Assembly: GCA_013265495.1 (NCBI GenBank)
Contig: MU058463.1
Coordinates: 3,393,037-3,457,036 of the forward strand
Length of the DNA stretch: 64,000 bases
Source of the DNA: Vicugna vicugna
Lineage: Eukaryota
Direction: 5' to 3'
Positions 39,200 to 53,707 of this stretch are shown in pieces (position 1 is the first letter of the stretch; each line of letters starts with the position of its first letter). The notes below the pieces were generated by a model. It was not told the DNA's origin. It did not search any database and was given only the letters and a program-made list of their open reading frames with translations. The position numbers and the translations under genes are program-made.

Positions 39200-40325
39200 A
39201 CTTCTTGAGTGTCTTCCCTCCCTTGGCTTCTCTGATTCCTCTCCTTTCTCTTTGGCCATCCCTTCTCAGTATTGTTGTGGGCTGTCTTCTTCACTTACTC
39301 CCCAAACCCACGTTGGATGAGAGCATCCAAATTAAGTGTTAATAAGCCCCAAACATTTATCTGCATCTAAGATGTGAGCTCTAGATTCACACCTCCAATT
39401 TTCAAATAGACATCACACTTGGGTATCTCCCAGGCATCTCAAACTACTTCAGAACTGAATTTATCATCTTTTCCCCCCAAATTCCTGGGCTTCCGCTCTT
39501 AATTAATAGTACCAACATGCACAGATGCCAGAATGGCCTCCAGATCCCTCATTCCCTTCAACTCCCAACAGAGTCCACATCTTGTGAGTTCTGAGTCATT
39601 AACGACTTCCTCAGTTTCCATCCATCCCCTCTCCAAATATCTGAAGCCAAAGTCTCTTTACTTTGTTCATGGACTGTGACAATTTTAGCCCAAGTGTTCT
39701 CTGTGTATCCTGACTTACCCCTCACACACACACCCAATCCATCCTATACTTGGCTTTGAATGAGCTTTTTCTGATAAACTAATCTGCTCATGACACCAAC
39801 TGTGAGTTCACATGCTCCCCATGTCTACAAGGTAAACCACCGTCTTCTTAGGTTGGTGTATTGGAGTTTCCATGATCCTCCAAATCTATCTTCTCACCCT
39901 TATTGCACTGAATACACCTCTTCTATTCTCTATTCTAGCTATCCTGACACTGAAATTCCCTGGGTACCTTTGGAAATTTTATGCCTCTGAGAATGTTATC
40001 AAGCTATTCAATTTTTTTGAAATTTCCTGCCTTTTGGTGGGGGGGGGGGCTGGAGAATATCAGCTCATCTTTTACAGCTCAGCTCCATTACGATTGTCCT
40101 TATTAAAAGATTCTTAAACTCCTTTTGGTTAGAATTAATCATTCTCTCTTTTCTGCCTTCTCTCTGATCTTTTCACTCCTTTATCACATGCCTACAGTGA
40201 ATCTCTTTTAGGGCGACAATAACATCTGACTCCCCTCTGCATGTTCAACCCCTAGTGCCTTGCACAGTGCCTGGAACCTTGGGGTTAATCAATAAGTATT
40301 TGCTTACTCATTGCAGGAATGAGTT
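39200..40325 (+). mobile_element. L2 fragments
   Basis: gggtatctcccaggcatctcaaact...actgaatttatcatctt; 3' tail cctagtgccttgcacagtgcctggaac...aataagtatttg. Confidence 0.7.
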
Positions 40326-43300
40326 GGGATAGCTGTAGTAATAGTCAACATCAACATGGTGTACACTCCATAAGAACATAAGTCTGTACATAATTCCAGG
40401 TTGAATGTGCTACTGTAATTTAAAAGAATGTTTAAGGAAGAGAATCATATCTGTTTGTTGAGTGCTCACAGTGTGTAAATCCTTTACCATCATTATCTCA
40501 TTTAATTTGCACAGCAATTCTTTAAGATAGACATTACTGAGCATCTTCAATGTACAAGGCATTTTTCTTATTCATGATCTCATTTAATCATCCCAACAAA
40601 GTTCTAAAGAATGTATTTTGACAAATATGCAAATGATAACATTAAATATCATATATTAGAAATTTACTGAAGGTTATAGAAGTTAAAAGTGTCAAATTCA
40701 ATATTCCAACCTAGTTTTCTGCCCACCAGAATAAATGTTCCACAAATTAAATTTTGAAGTTCAATATATCCATGCTACCTATAGGTATTTTGAAATGGGC
40801 ATATGAGCTGCTAGCATCTTAAGATTGCCACAAAAACAAATATTTCCATAAAAGGATATTTGCAGAACCTTTAAAAACAACCCTGTCATCAACATGTCTT
40901 AAGTATATATATAATGCCACACGAGGGGAATTTGCATGTTTTAACACTTGGCAAAACATCAAAGTTTGCTTCTTTAATGTGATGTATTCTTTAGTTGGTC
41001 ATGACAGATTTATTACAACTGGATTTTTTCCAAAAGTCATTGTGCTTCCTGATTTATCCATTTGTTTTTATCTTGGAGAGATTTGAACTGAATTCTCAAT
41101 TTGCGTAACTAAAACATTAAAGTAGAGTTCTGCCTAAAAAGGGATTGAAAGAAAAACTCCTTTGGCCAACACCAATCATTGGAATGATTCACTTAGTATT
41201 TGGGGGTTTGATTGTATTTGTTGTCTTTTCTAATAAGTATGTTAGTGAAAAGAAGAAAGGAAACTGTGAACAGACTCTGACATGCATTGTCAATATGAGC
41301 TTGATCAAAATACTTGGAGGAGAACTTGGGATTGGAGTCAGATGGACTTAGTCTCAGATTCTCCATCCATCACGTCCTTGTTCTATGTCCATAGGCCCAG
41401 ACTCACTTTCTCTTTGCACTAGTTTCCTTACCCTGAATGCTGGGGAAATATCTACTTCACAGGGTTGGTTTTTTTTTTTAATAAGACTTTAATAAAGTCA
41501 TACACATAAAAAAATTAAGTAACTGATATGTCATTGAAATTCACCCAATAAATGGAAACTATTTCTACTAGTTTTAAATAATAAACCTTGTTAAATAAGC
41601 AACAGAGATTGATGTTTCTCCTACCTTTTTCACATGTCACTATGCAGGTATGTTTGGCCAAATTAGATCCAAGGAGAGACACTGAAAAGATTGGAAAACA
41701 GGTGAAACTGTCTCTGACGTCCACTTTACATCAGAGACTTTGAGCATCTTTAGTCCCCCGAAATCAGGCTTCATCCATTCTTCTTTGTACTCTCCTCAGC
41801 CTTCATTTCTGAGACAGCGTCAAAAATTTAGGACTTCTGTCTCCACCCTTGGATCTGTTCCTTCCCTGTTCTTAACTGACTCTGTCTTCACATTTTTCTG
41901 ATAATCTAATTTGCCAAGATAGTTATGTTTGTGCTATAAAGTTGGATTCTGATATTATTTTGTCTTATTTTTGTGTAGAAGAAACAAAGTTAAGTCTTTC
42001 AGAAAAGAGTTGTATAAAAAGTAGTCTGTGAGCTAATGGTTCTTATTAAAGAGAATTTTTATTGCAAGATTTGAGCTACCCTAGGCAACATATTTAACCA
42101 GAGATAACTATTACTAGATGAAAGTATATTTAACTCCTATGTAATAATAACATGGAAAGTACTTCACTTAAACTAGACATAACTAATCGTGCGATATTTT
42201 CAGAATAGAGAAGCCCCATGTGGTCCCTTCTGGTCAAATTTTCTTTTCCTTCAGGTCTTAGAAGAAGAAAGGACAGAGACGATTCTGAAAAAGTAGTACA
42301 TATTTCCTAAAGATCAGAAACCTGGAAGTACAAACAAGTATCACCAATTCAAATAACTCAGACAGTCCAAGAAGGAAAAAAAAGCTGCTTATATATATAT
42401 ATATTAACTATAGGAAGTAGTCTGAAGGAAGTTTAATGATAAATTACTCTAAAGACGTGAGAGCTAAATTCTAATCATGGCAAAGAGTTGACTCAAAGAC
42501 ATGCTTCAGGGTGCGTTAATAAATAAATGTGCTGATGGACAGTAAAAAATAAGATCATGGTGAAGTCTTATTAATAAGCTAGGAATTAGTGACTGGGTTC
42601 CAGATACTACCTACATACTTATTTCTTTAAATATTTGTTTTATAAGATAGTATTCCATGCTCTTTTGTATTTTTTTCTTTTCAGTTGTTTAAATAATTTC
42701 ATTTTTCAATTTTTCTAAGCAGAAGACAATTTAATATTGTATTTCACTTCTGGGAAAATACTGATTTTGTATTGTTGGCCACAGAACCTGTACAATTTGT
42801 GTACTGAGAATTCAGAATAAAATTCTAAGATCATAAGGAAAATTTCCACCTGAAAGTTACTTAATATAAGACTTTGTAGAAATTTTCACAAGAGTTCCCT
42901 GAAATTCTCAACATCTCCTATGCAAGCTAGAATTTTCCAAATGTCATTTATATGCTAATACAATTTGTGGCAGGTCAGGTGTCTGTCCCCTCATCACACC
43001 TTAAGCATAGGCACCCAGTCTTCAAGGTGGACCCTGATCAAAGGCACCAAATTGGTGATTGGACAAGGTTTTTCACCACAGGTGAAAAGGGAAGATACAG
43101 ATAGAAACTTCAAAATCTAAAAATCCAACGGAAAGTTTTCATATGTAGGACATAACAAAGAAGCTCTGAAATATGAGGATATTTGGTACCTTGTAAACTG
43201 ATTATCTTGGAGATGGATTGACTTTTTCCATCAGCTTATTTTAGTGAGTAATCAAAGACTACACAGAATTCTGGCCTGGAAGAAAGCATCATTTAACTCA

Positions 43301-44979
43301 GCATGTACCGTAATCCTGAAGCCAACAGTAAGAGATAACTTGCAAACTGGGTTTTCCCAGGTGAGAAATGATAGCCCCAAGTGACATGGCATGTACTCTA
43401 ACCTAGAGTAGATGGAGAAAGATGTGAAAGGAAGCAGGTAAAGAAATAGTATTCAATTAAGAACACCTGCATAAATACTTACAGGATGAACAGACATTCA
43501 AAAGGTTTTTTAATAAATGAATGGATGCCCCAGCTGTCAGCAGCTGACTAGGTTGCCGTGTATCTACACGAGTGTTATTGCTGGGAAAACAGCAGCCGAT
43601 AGCTGGCTGGCTGGCATTCTGGGCCTGGTTCATGCCAATTCTGCTGTTAACTATCAGATACAGAAGCAACTCCTGCTGGAGAGTTTCAACTGGGGGATTC
43701 CAGGAGGGTTGGAAGTTGAATTCTGCTGCTGCCCACCACCTCGGACCCTCCTCTGCCAACTGAGGGCCCCTTCTTCCTGAAGGTCTGGGCCTGCCTTTTG
43801 AGACTGGAAAGAATGGTCTAGATGAGTGGCATGATAATAGATTCAGCCTAAATAAAACAGAATCTCAAGGAAAAATAAATAAATAAATGGATGAATGAAA
43901 TGAGTTCATGAATTGTATTCAATGCAACAAGAATTTTATTAGGAATTGAAGCATCAAGGAAAAGAACTATGATATGGAAGAAAAAATTACAAATAAAAAG
44001 TATAGCAAACCGTTCCTCCCTCAGATATGAGATGTATTTTAAAAACTAGTAACCAAGCACCATTGCTACAGCACTGCCAGCTGCCCCTCTCCCCTAATCA
44101 GGGCAACTCAGCATCAAAGAGAAAAATAAAAATAGCCTAAGAAAACCCTCTCTCAAATAACAAAGTCATTTGAGCATTCATTTCTAAAGAGCAAAGTCAA
44201 TGTCTCGTGATAGAAGCCCCTATCATTTTGTAATAGTGAGCCTAAATCATTGTAAAGCAAATTCGTTCTGGTAATAGACATACTGCTATTGTTTACCAAA
44301 TGTCCCTTCCTCTCACCCACATCAGGATCATTGGCCAGTGAACATAGATATGTAAGCCAGTTGAAGAAGTTTGCCCTAAGTACCTTGGTTTTCTCTGTAT
44401 TCAGTAAGTACTTAGCTGTAAATAGATGTTTTTTTTAATATAACCACATACTTTCCTAGTGAGAAAACAAACATTAATATGTAATGTGTTTTCACTGTTC
44501 ACTATAATTCAAACTTCAGTTTACATTTAATTTTAAACAATCTAATTGCTATTAGCATGTCAAATATGCATGTGTCTTTTGCGTGTATACAACCGCACAC
44601 ACATCTAGATAGCCATATGAGTATATATGCTATAAACATTTATATATGGCTATGTAAAAAGTAAACCACTTTACAAAGGGAGTTGCTTTTTTTGAATCTA
44701 AATCAGAATCACTTCAATTTTATAAACAATAGTCCACAACAATATTTCTAACCCTTTCAAGTATGATATTAATACTTACGATGTTAATACGTTTCTTAAA
44801 CACTCCTTCCATGTGACAGCAGCTCTGTCTCTCATCTCTGTGGACTGAGACCACACATAATGACATAGAACTGCCATGGATTAAATGTTTTTTTTTAAGT
44901 GCTTTCCCATTCTTCGTATATGTTTATATATACTTCTAGAATCAAATTTAATTTAGGTATTCATTCAATAAATACTAAC

Positions 44980-45350
44980 TGTATTAGTTGTCTATTTCCA
45001 TGTAACAAATTACCCCGAGGTTTAGTAGCTTAAAATCTCAAACGTTTATTATAGCACATCATCTCTGAGGTCAAGAACCCAGGAGTGGTACAACTGGATA
45101 GTTCTGGCCCAGGGATCTCATTAGGTTGTAGTCAAGCTGTTGGCTGGGCGTTTAGTCATCTGAAGCTTTACTAAGTCTGCCCGATCCACTCCCAAGCTCG
45201 GGCTTGTGGCTATTAACAGACCTCAGTTTCTCATTGGCCAATGGCCAGAGGCCTCAGTGTCTCTATAGGAATAGCATCTCTATGTGAATGCTTGTAACAT
45301 GGCAGCTGGCCTTCCTCAGAGTAAGTGAGGAGAGACACAAGAATGTGTGT

Positions 45351-45388
<38 letters not shown>

Positions 45389-45604
45389 AACACAAAAGAA
45401 AGAAAGTTAGGGAAGAGACAGTAAGAAGATGCGGGTCTTTTATAGCCTAATTTGGAAGTCACACAGCATGACTTCTGTTACATGCTATTGATACCACAGA
45501 TCAACAGATCAACCCTGGTACAATGGAGGAAAAGACTGCACACAGATTTAATACCAGGCGGTAGAGATCATGGTGGACCATCCAGGAGACTGGCTGCTGC
45601 AGCA
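44980..45604 (-). mobile_element. MaLR LTR (MLT1F/G-like)
   Basis: tgtattagttgtctatttccatgtaacaaattaccccga...gtagcttaaaa...ttggaagtcacacagcatgacttctg...aataccaggcggtagagatcatgg. Confidence 0.75.
45344..45386. repeat. (TG)n microsatellite, ~21 units, one interruption
   Basis: tgtgtgtgtgtctgtgtgtg...gtgt. Confidence 0.95.
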
Positions 45605-46277
45605 ACTAATTCCATGCTGCATAAAGTATATTCTAAACACTTACTTCTAAAACTAAAAAAATGAAAGTCCTTCATAAGCTTTCTAGATACTTCACAACCC
45701 CAAAATAACTATTATAAATTATTTGTTGTCTATGTTTTTAAATTTTCTCTCTATGTTTTTACATATATGCATGTATGTGCACCAGTGCATACTCGTGTGT
45801 ATATAATTCATAAACATATTCTGTATCTATACATTATGTTCTGAAGCATGTTCTTCCACACAGCAATCTATTGTGAACATCTTTCTGTATAGATCTACTT
45901 TATTCAATCACCAATGACTAAATAGTATTTCATATTACAGATGTGATAAAATTATATTACAACCAATTTTTCAATGGTTACTATATAGGTTGCTTCTAAT
46001 TTTTTTCCATTGTAATTTACTTTAACAAATTTGTATTACATTAATCACAATAGCATTTACATACATATAAAAGAAAATCAGAAAATTTAAATAGTATTTT
46101 TTCCAAAAGAAAAGAAGGGCTAAAATTTTGTTGAGAGGTAGGGGGTTTCAGTTAAGTTTTAGAGACATTAGCCATATATTTCTTTTCCAACCCCTGATAC
46201 ACACCTAAGCATATTTGCTCAAAATCTTCCCTGTTTACATGCATACATGGCTCCTGATCTCAAAGGACTTACAATCT

Positions 46278-46412
46278 TTGGTGGTGGCAATGGTGGTGAT
46301 GGGGTTGTTGGTGATTTGGTTGTGATGTGATGGTGATGATAATGGTGGTGGTGGTTATGGTGGTGGTTATGGTGGTAGTGATGGAGATGTGGTGATGGTG
46401 ATGATGGTGGTA
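46278..46412. repeat. (TGG/TGA)n low-complexity repeat
   Basis: ggtggtggcaatggtggtgatgg...tggtgatggtgatgatggtggtag. Confidence 0.9.
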
Positions 46413-49400
46413 GCAGTATTAAAAGTAGAGAGAATTGTTGGCAGACAAACAAGCCAACTCAATATAGTGTAAAAAGTATCATGATAAGAAAGCACTTAGA
46501 AGGCCTAATCTACTGGAGCTTTGGGAAGCCTTTCTCATAAAAAATTTCATATTAGCAAAGACATGAATGATGTAGGCTAGCCAGGCCATCTGAGTCAGCC
46601 ATCAATAATTAATAAACTAATTTCTGTTTCCAGTCCTCCTATTGATCAGTTCAGGCATACAAATTCATTCTTCAATCCCCTAACATTTGGCAGAGATAAG
46701 CACCCCCTCCCTGCCACCAGAAGAGAGATATGCTGATGACTACCATCTTTACATTTTGGTAATTTACTCATTTACCAATATTTACTGAAAGTCTACCACA
46801 TGCCCGTCACTGTCTAGGCGCAATGAGTGCAGTGACGGATACAAAAGAAGTTCTTGTCTTTGTGGATTTATTTTCTAGTGGAGTGAAATAGACAACAGTC
46901 AAATAAAAAAGGGTATTATCTCTCAGAATAAGAGGGGGCAAGTTATGGAACAGAATTTACTTTTGTATCATTCATAACTGTTTTGATTACTGTACCTTCT
47001 GAAAGATGCCCTACTGAACATAATTTCACAAAAAGAGGAGTTTTTTTTTAGGTATTCCACTATTTTAACCCTAAGGAAAGGGAGAGGTATAGTCATCGCA
47101 AAAGTCAGATGAAAGGATTGAAAGTCAATTGAGCTCTTCCCCACCCCTCTTGGGGGTAGCTGGTGAGATTATCCTAATTGTGCACTGACCCCTGCCATTT
47201 GACAGACACTACTAATGTCTCCTGTGGTGGGGGGGAGTGTTTCCTTAACCTACTTTCAAACAAAAACAAAACAAAAACACTATGCAAAGGACACGGACAG
47301 GCCAGTAGGACATCTTGGGTCTGGTACCTCCTCACCAATTGGCTATGGCCAGCAAGGCTGTCTATGGTACAAACGTGGTCTGGGGGTACAACCCTGCATA
47401 ATCAAGACAGAGGAAGAAACCTCTATGGGTCAGGAACCTTCTTTAAGAGTATCATTTGTAAGTAGGTTGATGACGAGTTGTGGCTGTTATTGTTTTTTAA
47501 TACGAGGTCTTACATAAATTTTGAGAAATTCCTCAACAATATGAGGACAGGCAGATTGGAGGGCATGACTTTAAACATAAACTCTAATAAAACTGAGCCA
47601 CTTCATCAATATCCTTACAATACTTGAAGTTTCATTTTATTTAAGCCTCAATTATGCACCTAAATACTTTAGATGTATCGAAAAATAGAAATCTGGCTTT
47701 ACATAATGGCTTTAGGAAAATAGGCTGGAATTATCTTAGTCCTCAACATCATCATGACGTTGGGCAGCAACTATTTAGATGCTTCTTTTCAAAAACAGCA
47801 TCTGGAGATTGAATTTCTGTTTCCCCTTGGCTTGCAAAAATCTGTATTTTGCTGCTAAATATAGGCCTATGTATAATACACATTTAGAGTCTCAGTCTTT
47901 ACCTTATAAGGTAAAAATAGGTGTGGAAATGTCGTAAAATAGATAGTGCTCCAAATTCCACTGGCACCAATAACAAGACCCAGCTGTGCATGTTAAACCC
48001 TTCAAAAGACTAAAACTTCAGGCACTGCATCCATTTAGCCAAGCCTCATTATTTCTGAGAACATCTCAGAATTGCTAAAAGTTCTATTTTGGCCCATAAC
48101 AGATGTATCAATTAATGCTGGATTTTTAAAAATAGCTTTCTGTATATGCTTTTGAAAGTTAGTAAGTTACAAATCATCAAAATTTCTGACATGATTTTGG
48201 TCTCAGATCTGTGCTGATGGATAGTACATGTCCACCATCGTGGAAATTTCTACCTGAAACCATTTCTCCATCACAACCCTATTGTCTTCCAGAGAACAAA
48301 CATCCAAAGAATGAAGAAATCATTTATGCTAATTTGTTGTGCCATGTTACAGATGTTTAATAATATTAAATATAAAATGTTAAAGTATCCTGATGTAAAA
48401 GTTAGAACTGACAAGTTCTAATTGAACTTGTTATTTATATACTCCTCTCCAAAAGTAGCTTACTGGGAACACACTTCTTCACATTTTAAGAACCTACTGA
48501 AATAAACAGGGCATCTGAAGCCATGTAGCTCTAACTCTGTAGGTGATGCAAAATATGCTATTGATATAACTAATTTTCTCTGTTTTCAGTTGTCTTGGCT
48601 GGTTTTCAAGTGGTTAACATTGAATTGGTCATAAAGACAACAGCCATGTCTTTGAAGACCAGTGAAACAATCACTGAGGTGGTCAGTCTTACTTATTTTT
48701 GGTCACTGTATAGCTGGTCATCAGAAGAAGGCAAGCCAGTGACTGCATAAAGTCAACTATGAATCAATCCATATAGGTATTGATTCTATTAGAAGCAAGT
48801 CCTCGCCAGAGAGACTCCATCATGTCATCCAACAGCATCCCCACCTTAATACCTGCCTTCAAGAAACCAGAAAATGCATTAATAATAAAAATTATCTCTG
48901 ATATATCTAGACAGTCACTTTATCCCAAGCACTATACGAAACGCTTCTTCAAGTTTCAGAATTTAAATTTTATAATGGAGTCACTATTCTCCCTTTTACT
49001 CAGGAGATATATGGAGGTAAAATGATTTGCATGAGTCAAGTAAATGACCAAGATTCAGAGTTGCCAAGGTCCATGCTCTCTTCTCTTTTCCAGGCTACCT
49101 CCCTTATAAGAGGACATGAATCTCCCCCTTTTCTAGTCTAGAGGTTTAAAAGGAAGGTTCTTATCAAGAAGGTATTGGAAAATTTGCCTGCCATGTACAA
49201 ATCCATCTTCAAGTCACTGAGAAACATCCAGCTTGCATAGGAACTAAGAGAGTTGGTATCTCATTGTTCTAAGATACCTAGATAGGTCTCGGCCAAAAAA
49301 TGATAGCAAATAAGCCATAGAAGGAACAGCCTTATAATGTACTTTTTTAAAAAAATAAAGGCTGCCTAAAGAGAACAGAAGCTATTTTATATGACCAAGC

Positions 49401-50741
49401 CAAAGCCAATGGAACATCACTAAATATCAGAGTATTCACACATATGTATAGATGAAAGGTACATCTACCATGACCAGATCTTAGATATTTATCTTAGCCT
49501 TTTTCCCCTACATCATATTTGTGACTATTCAGGAAGATGAAGTCCTGTATATTTTCATCGCCTCACTCATATGCTCTGAGGATTTCTAAATAATCAAAAC
49601 AATTCATGGTATTAGGCCTGTTATATTTGCTCATGCAAAACAAACAATCCCTTTGCATGATTATTTCCATTGCCAGTCACTTCCAGAAATCTGTTGTAAC
49701 AAGCAGCATCCTGACAAGTACAGGAAATGAATCACTCACCTTTTGACCTTCATCAATGTCTTCACCTAAAATTTAAACCTGTTACACTTTTGAAGACAAC
49801 TGAAAAAGCTTCAGTCATTATTGCTTTGGATCTTCGGCTAATGGCCTGGGCTCTGAGTAAATATGATACTTAAAGAAATCAATTTAATAGTTGAAGGTTA
49901 GAAGATGATTGTTGTTAAATTAAGCATTAGAAATATTTTAAGAAATATTTAAGAAGTTTTTCTGAAGTAATTTGGTGAAAATGCTACCAAGACAATGACA
50001 TTTTGCCTTTGCTTCTGATCCTTCGAGAAAATTCAGCTTTTCCCTAGCGTAAAGGTAGGGATCGTTTAGTTCTCAGACTTGATCTTCCCTTGACTTTCGA
50101 GAAGCTAAATTATGCCTGGAATTCCAAGGGAAAAGGGTCCTTTTTGTTTTTCAGGCAATTCCACTTGCCTTTATATATTTCAGATTGGATAACTTAAATA
50201 TGTATTTTGGGAGCTAATTTTAAGCCAAACACTTTGTTGATGCCTCCAGTGGTAAACATTTTCAGGAAAAGACATTCCTCTTGGAAACAAAGCTCCTTAA
50301 AATATCATGTACCCTAGCTAATTTTACACCAAAAAAACACTGTCATGAAAAAAAATATATAAAATATTTGGTAACAATACCGACACCACCCTGTGGTAAA
50401 CAAAAGGGATGAACTATTTCCTTAGAATATTTCTTTGTGGTAAAGGAGGACCACCAAAGATCAGGTCACTTGGTTCTTGACATTAGGTAGTGGTTAACAT
50501 TACAGCTTTGAAAATGTGATAATATATTATAGTCATATAAAATATTAAATCCACACATATATGTATCTGTAATAAAAATGGTATCTTATCTACCCCCCAA
50601 ATTTTTGTAAGGTAAAAGATTAATTGCTTGCCTTCTTGCTTGCATATAAAAGATTAAATATAACTGTAATAATAACCTTTTTCTACAAATAATTGACTAC
50701 CTTACAAGATATGGATTATTCTTTGTGAATATCTAGGTGGT

Positions 50742-50772
50742 TGGATGATGGATGGATGGATGGATGGATGAA
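50742..50772. repeat. (GGAT)n simple repeat
   Basis: tggatgatggatggatggatggatggatgaa. Confidence 0.85.
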
Positions 50773-52088
50773 TAAATGTAGAAGAAAAGAAACTGTGACA
50801 ATCTAAAGATGTTATAGCTCTAACTCAGGATAAATTTTATCCAAAGACTCCCAGGGATAATGGTCATTCACCTACTTTTTAAACTACCTTGGAATTGGAA
50901 AAACATCATGAAAACATTTCTATGAAGTTCCTTATTGTCAAATCACCTAAATTCCAGGGTTAGTCTCTTACCAAATTGTTGAAAAGGGTAAATTTGTCTT
51001 AAATTTGTCTTGAGCACTCCCACCCTTGTTAGCCCTTGACCTAGTTTCTAGACACAGACTTCCCCAATCCTCACACACCCCAGATGGGTATGTTCATACC
51101 CTTCTTGTGCAATTCCAGACCTGCTCAGTTCCTACACCAATCCAGAGCAAGTTCTGTGTCCAACAATATAGTTCAAGAGTCGAACCCTCAACCCGCCTCA
51201 ACTTGAAAATCTCTGAACTTACTCAGATTCCCAGACCAAGGACCTGAGGGCTCAATGCTCCCACAATGATGCTTGAATCTCTGGCTTCTACCACCAGAAA
51301 TAGAGAACTAGGCAATTAAGAATAACCTTCCTGTTGAAGATGAGAAATGGACAGATATCTTATATACACATATGTGTGTCTGTATGTGTGTATATTTTAA
51401 CTAGCTTGAATCCATCAAAAATTTAACAAAGTAATGAATTACTGGGCCAAGTTCCCAGAGAAATGGGAAAACCAGAAATGTGAGCCTGTCATTTTGAGGC
51501 TGCTTTTGCTTCCCCCAGGCATTTACCAATTCAGTTGCAGGAAGAGACAGCTTCTTTCCAGCCTTGCAGAGGCACAAAGACAAAAGTTGGAGTCCAGGTC
51601 ATACCATAAGTGGGAGCCCTGGTAAATAACCCCCATTTGGGGTTGCAACTCAGAGGTATTGCCTCTTAAGAGTAAGAGTCGGAGGTAAATAAGCTTTCAC
51701 ATGGACTGAAACTCAGCTTCATGTTATATGCCAGCAGCATGCGTGCAGGACACCAGGGGCTCCCATCCACGGGAAAGTTTTGCTGAAATGCCAGCAAATG
51801 GTTCCTGTTCACCAATCTTGGCCCAAGGCTTTCTGCTCACCCGTCCCATCCAATGTGTCCCTGCTTGCTGTTCTCAGCCTACCATCTTCCCTGCAGGATT
51901 CTTCCTGCTAACTAAACTCAGCCAGCAACTGTGGATCAACTCCCAGTCCAGAGCAACCCAGTGAACTTCACCACCCAGTGGGCCACAACCACACCCTCAG
52001 CCATGGGGAGGGATCCTCCTTTATAAATGTCTCCCCTTCTCTGGTGCTGTCTCTTAGCCCTAAGGTGTTCTTTGAGCTTTCTCAAAAG

Positions 52089-52540
52089 GTGTAGTAGGCA
52101 GCTATAAATTACCACCACCTCCTGGTAGTCATACCCTTGTATAATCCCCTAGCCTGAAGTGCGGGTAGGACCCAGTGACTTGTTTTAATGAATAGAACAT
52201 AGAAAAAGTGATGAGATGTCACTTCCAATATTAGGTAACAAAAATACAGCAACTTCCATATTGAGCACTTTATCTCACTCTCCCGCTTGTTCAGAGAGAG
52301 GCCAGGTGCCAGGTTGGGAGCTGTGATGTGGAGGAACCCATGTGGCAAGAAACTGGTGTCCCTGACCGGGGAGGATCTGTGGCCTGCCAGCTCTTGAAAG
52401 TGGGTTTGGAGATGACCCTTCTTAGGCCTGCCACCTGGGTGAGTGGAAAGTACATTCTCCTCTAGTCAAGCCTTGAGATGACTTCAGTCCCAGGTGACAC
52501 TTCCCCGTGGCCATGACCTTGTGGGAGACCCTCAGCCATA
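52089..52540 (+). mobile_element. MaLR LTR (MLT1F-like)
   Basis: tgtagtaggcag...cacctcctggtagtcatacccttgtataatcccct...aaaagtgatgagatgtcacttcc...cccatgtggcaagaaactg...ccttgtgggagaccctcagcca. Confidence 0.75.
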
Positions 52541-53370
52541 TCAACCATCACCAGATTGCCTTCTACTGTATCCTTCCTGCTTGGTATTTGGTGCCCGGTA
52601 TCTGGAATGTTCTCCAAACAACATCCTCACATCCCCAGACCGTTGTCCATCTCCATAGTGGAATCAATTTCTTTCTGGCCTGTCCCCTACTAGTGATTCT
52701 CTTTGCCTTCCCAATAGGAAAAGCCTGCGCTCAAGAAAGGACCACAAGCACATTAGTTCCTGAATGCGAAATTTTAAACATCATAAAGCCAGAGGGAAAG
52801 GTATACATTTGGGCAGTAGTGAGGTGTAGAAGTAGGGAGGCCTCACAGAAGTCCTGACAATATACCACAAACTAGAAAGTCAATCAGGCACCACACTGCC
52901 CAGACGTTAACCCCATGCCACTGCAACAACCCAAAGATGTTCTTTTCTCATGTAAGCTCAGAAGGAAAGATTATCAAGGCTGGATGTTGCAATTTACATT
53001 AGAAATTAAGTTATTTATTGGTTCATTTATTTGGCAGCAATCCTCTCCATTGGATCAGAGTAAGAAATGAGGCGGGGCAGAAGAAAACAGTTCCTTCAGT
53101 CCTGGTACAAGGAAGGGCAGATGAACCGCGACACTTTATTATTTAACTATTCGTATCTTGCACTTCAATGACACTATAAACTATTTCCCAAGAGCCGTTT
53201 TACTTTAAAATATAAACAACGTAATTGTAAAAGGTGCAAGTGCTATGGAAAACAGTACAGTAGTTCCTTCAAAATTTAAAAACAACCCTACCATATGATC
53301 CAGCAGTCCCTTTTCTGGGTGTATATCCAAAAGAATTAAAAGAAGGGTCTCAAAGAGATATTTGCACACC

Positions 53371-53707
53371 TGGGTTTTGGATGCTGTGATAAAAAATACC
53401 ATGGACTGCATGCTTAAACAACAAACATTTCTTTCTCATGGTTCTGGACGCTGGGAAGTCCAGGACCAAAGCTGGGAGAGTCAGCGTCTAGGGAGAACCC
53501 ACTTCCTGGTTCACAGATCACCGTCCACTACCTGTGCCCTTGCATGGCAGAAGGGGCGAGGCTGCTCTCTGAGAGCTGTTTATAAGGGCACTAACTCCAT
53601 TCATGAGGCTGCCACCTCCCAAAAGCCACATCTCGAAATATCAACACACCAAGCATTAGGTTTTAACATACGAATATTGGAGCCACACATACATTCAGTC
53701 TACAGCA
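53371..53707 (-). mobile_element. MaLR LTR (MLT1A0-like) nested in L1
   Basis: aaataccatggactg...cttaaacaacaaacatttctttctcatggttctgga...tataagggcactaactccattcatgaggct...acattcagtctacagca. Confidence 0.85.

Noticed and set aside
46219..46452. Poly-His/Pro ORF on the minus strand
   Set aside because: Translation of a (TGG/TGA)n low-complexity repeat.
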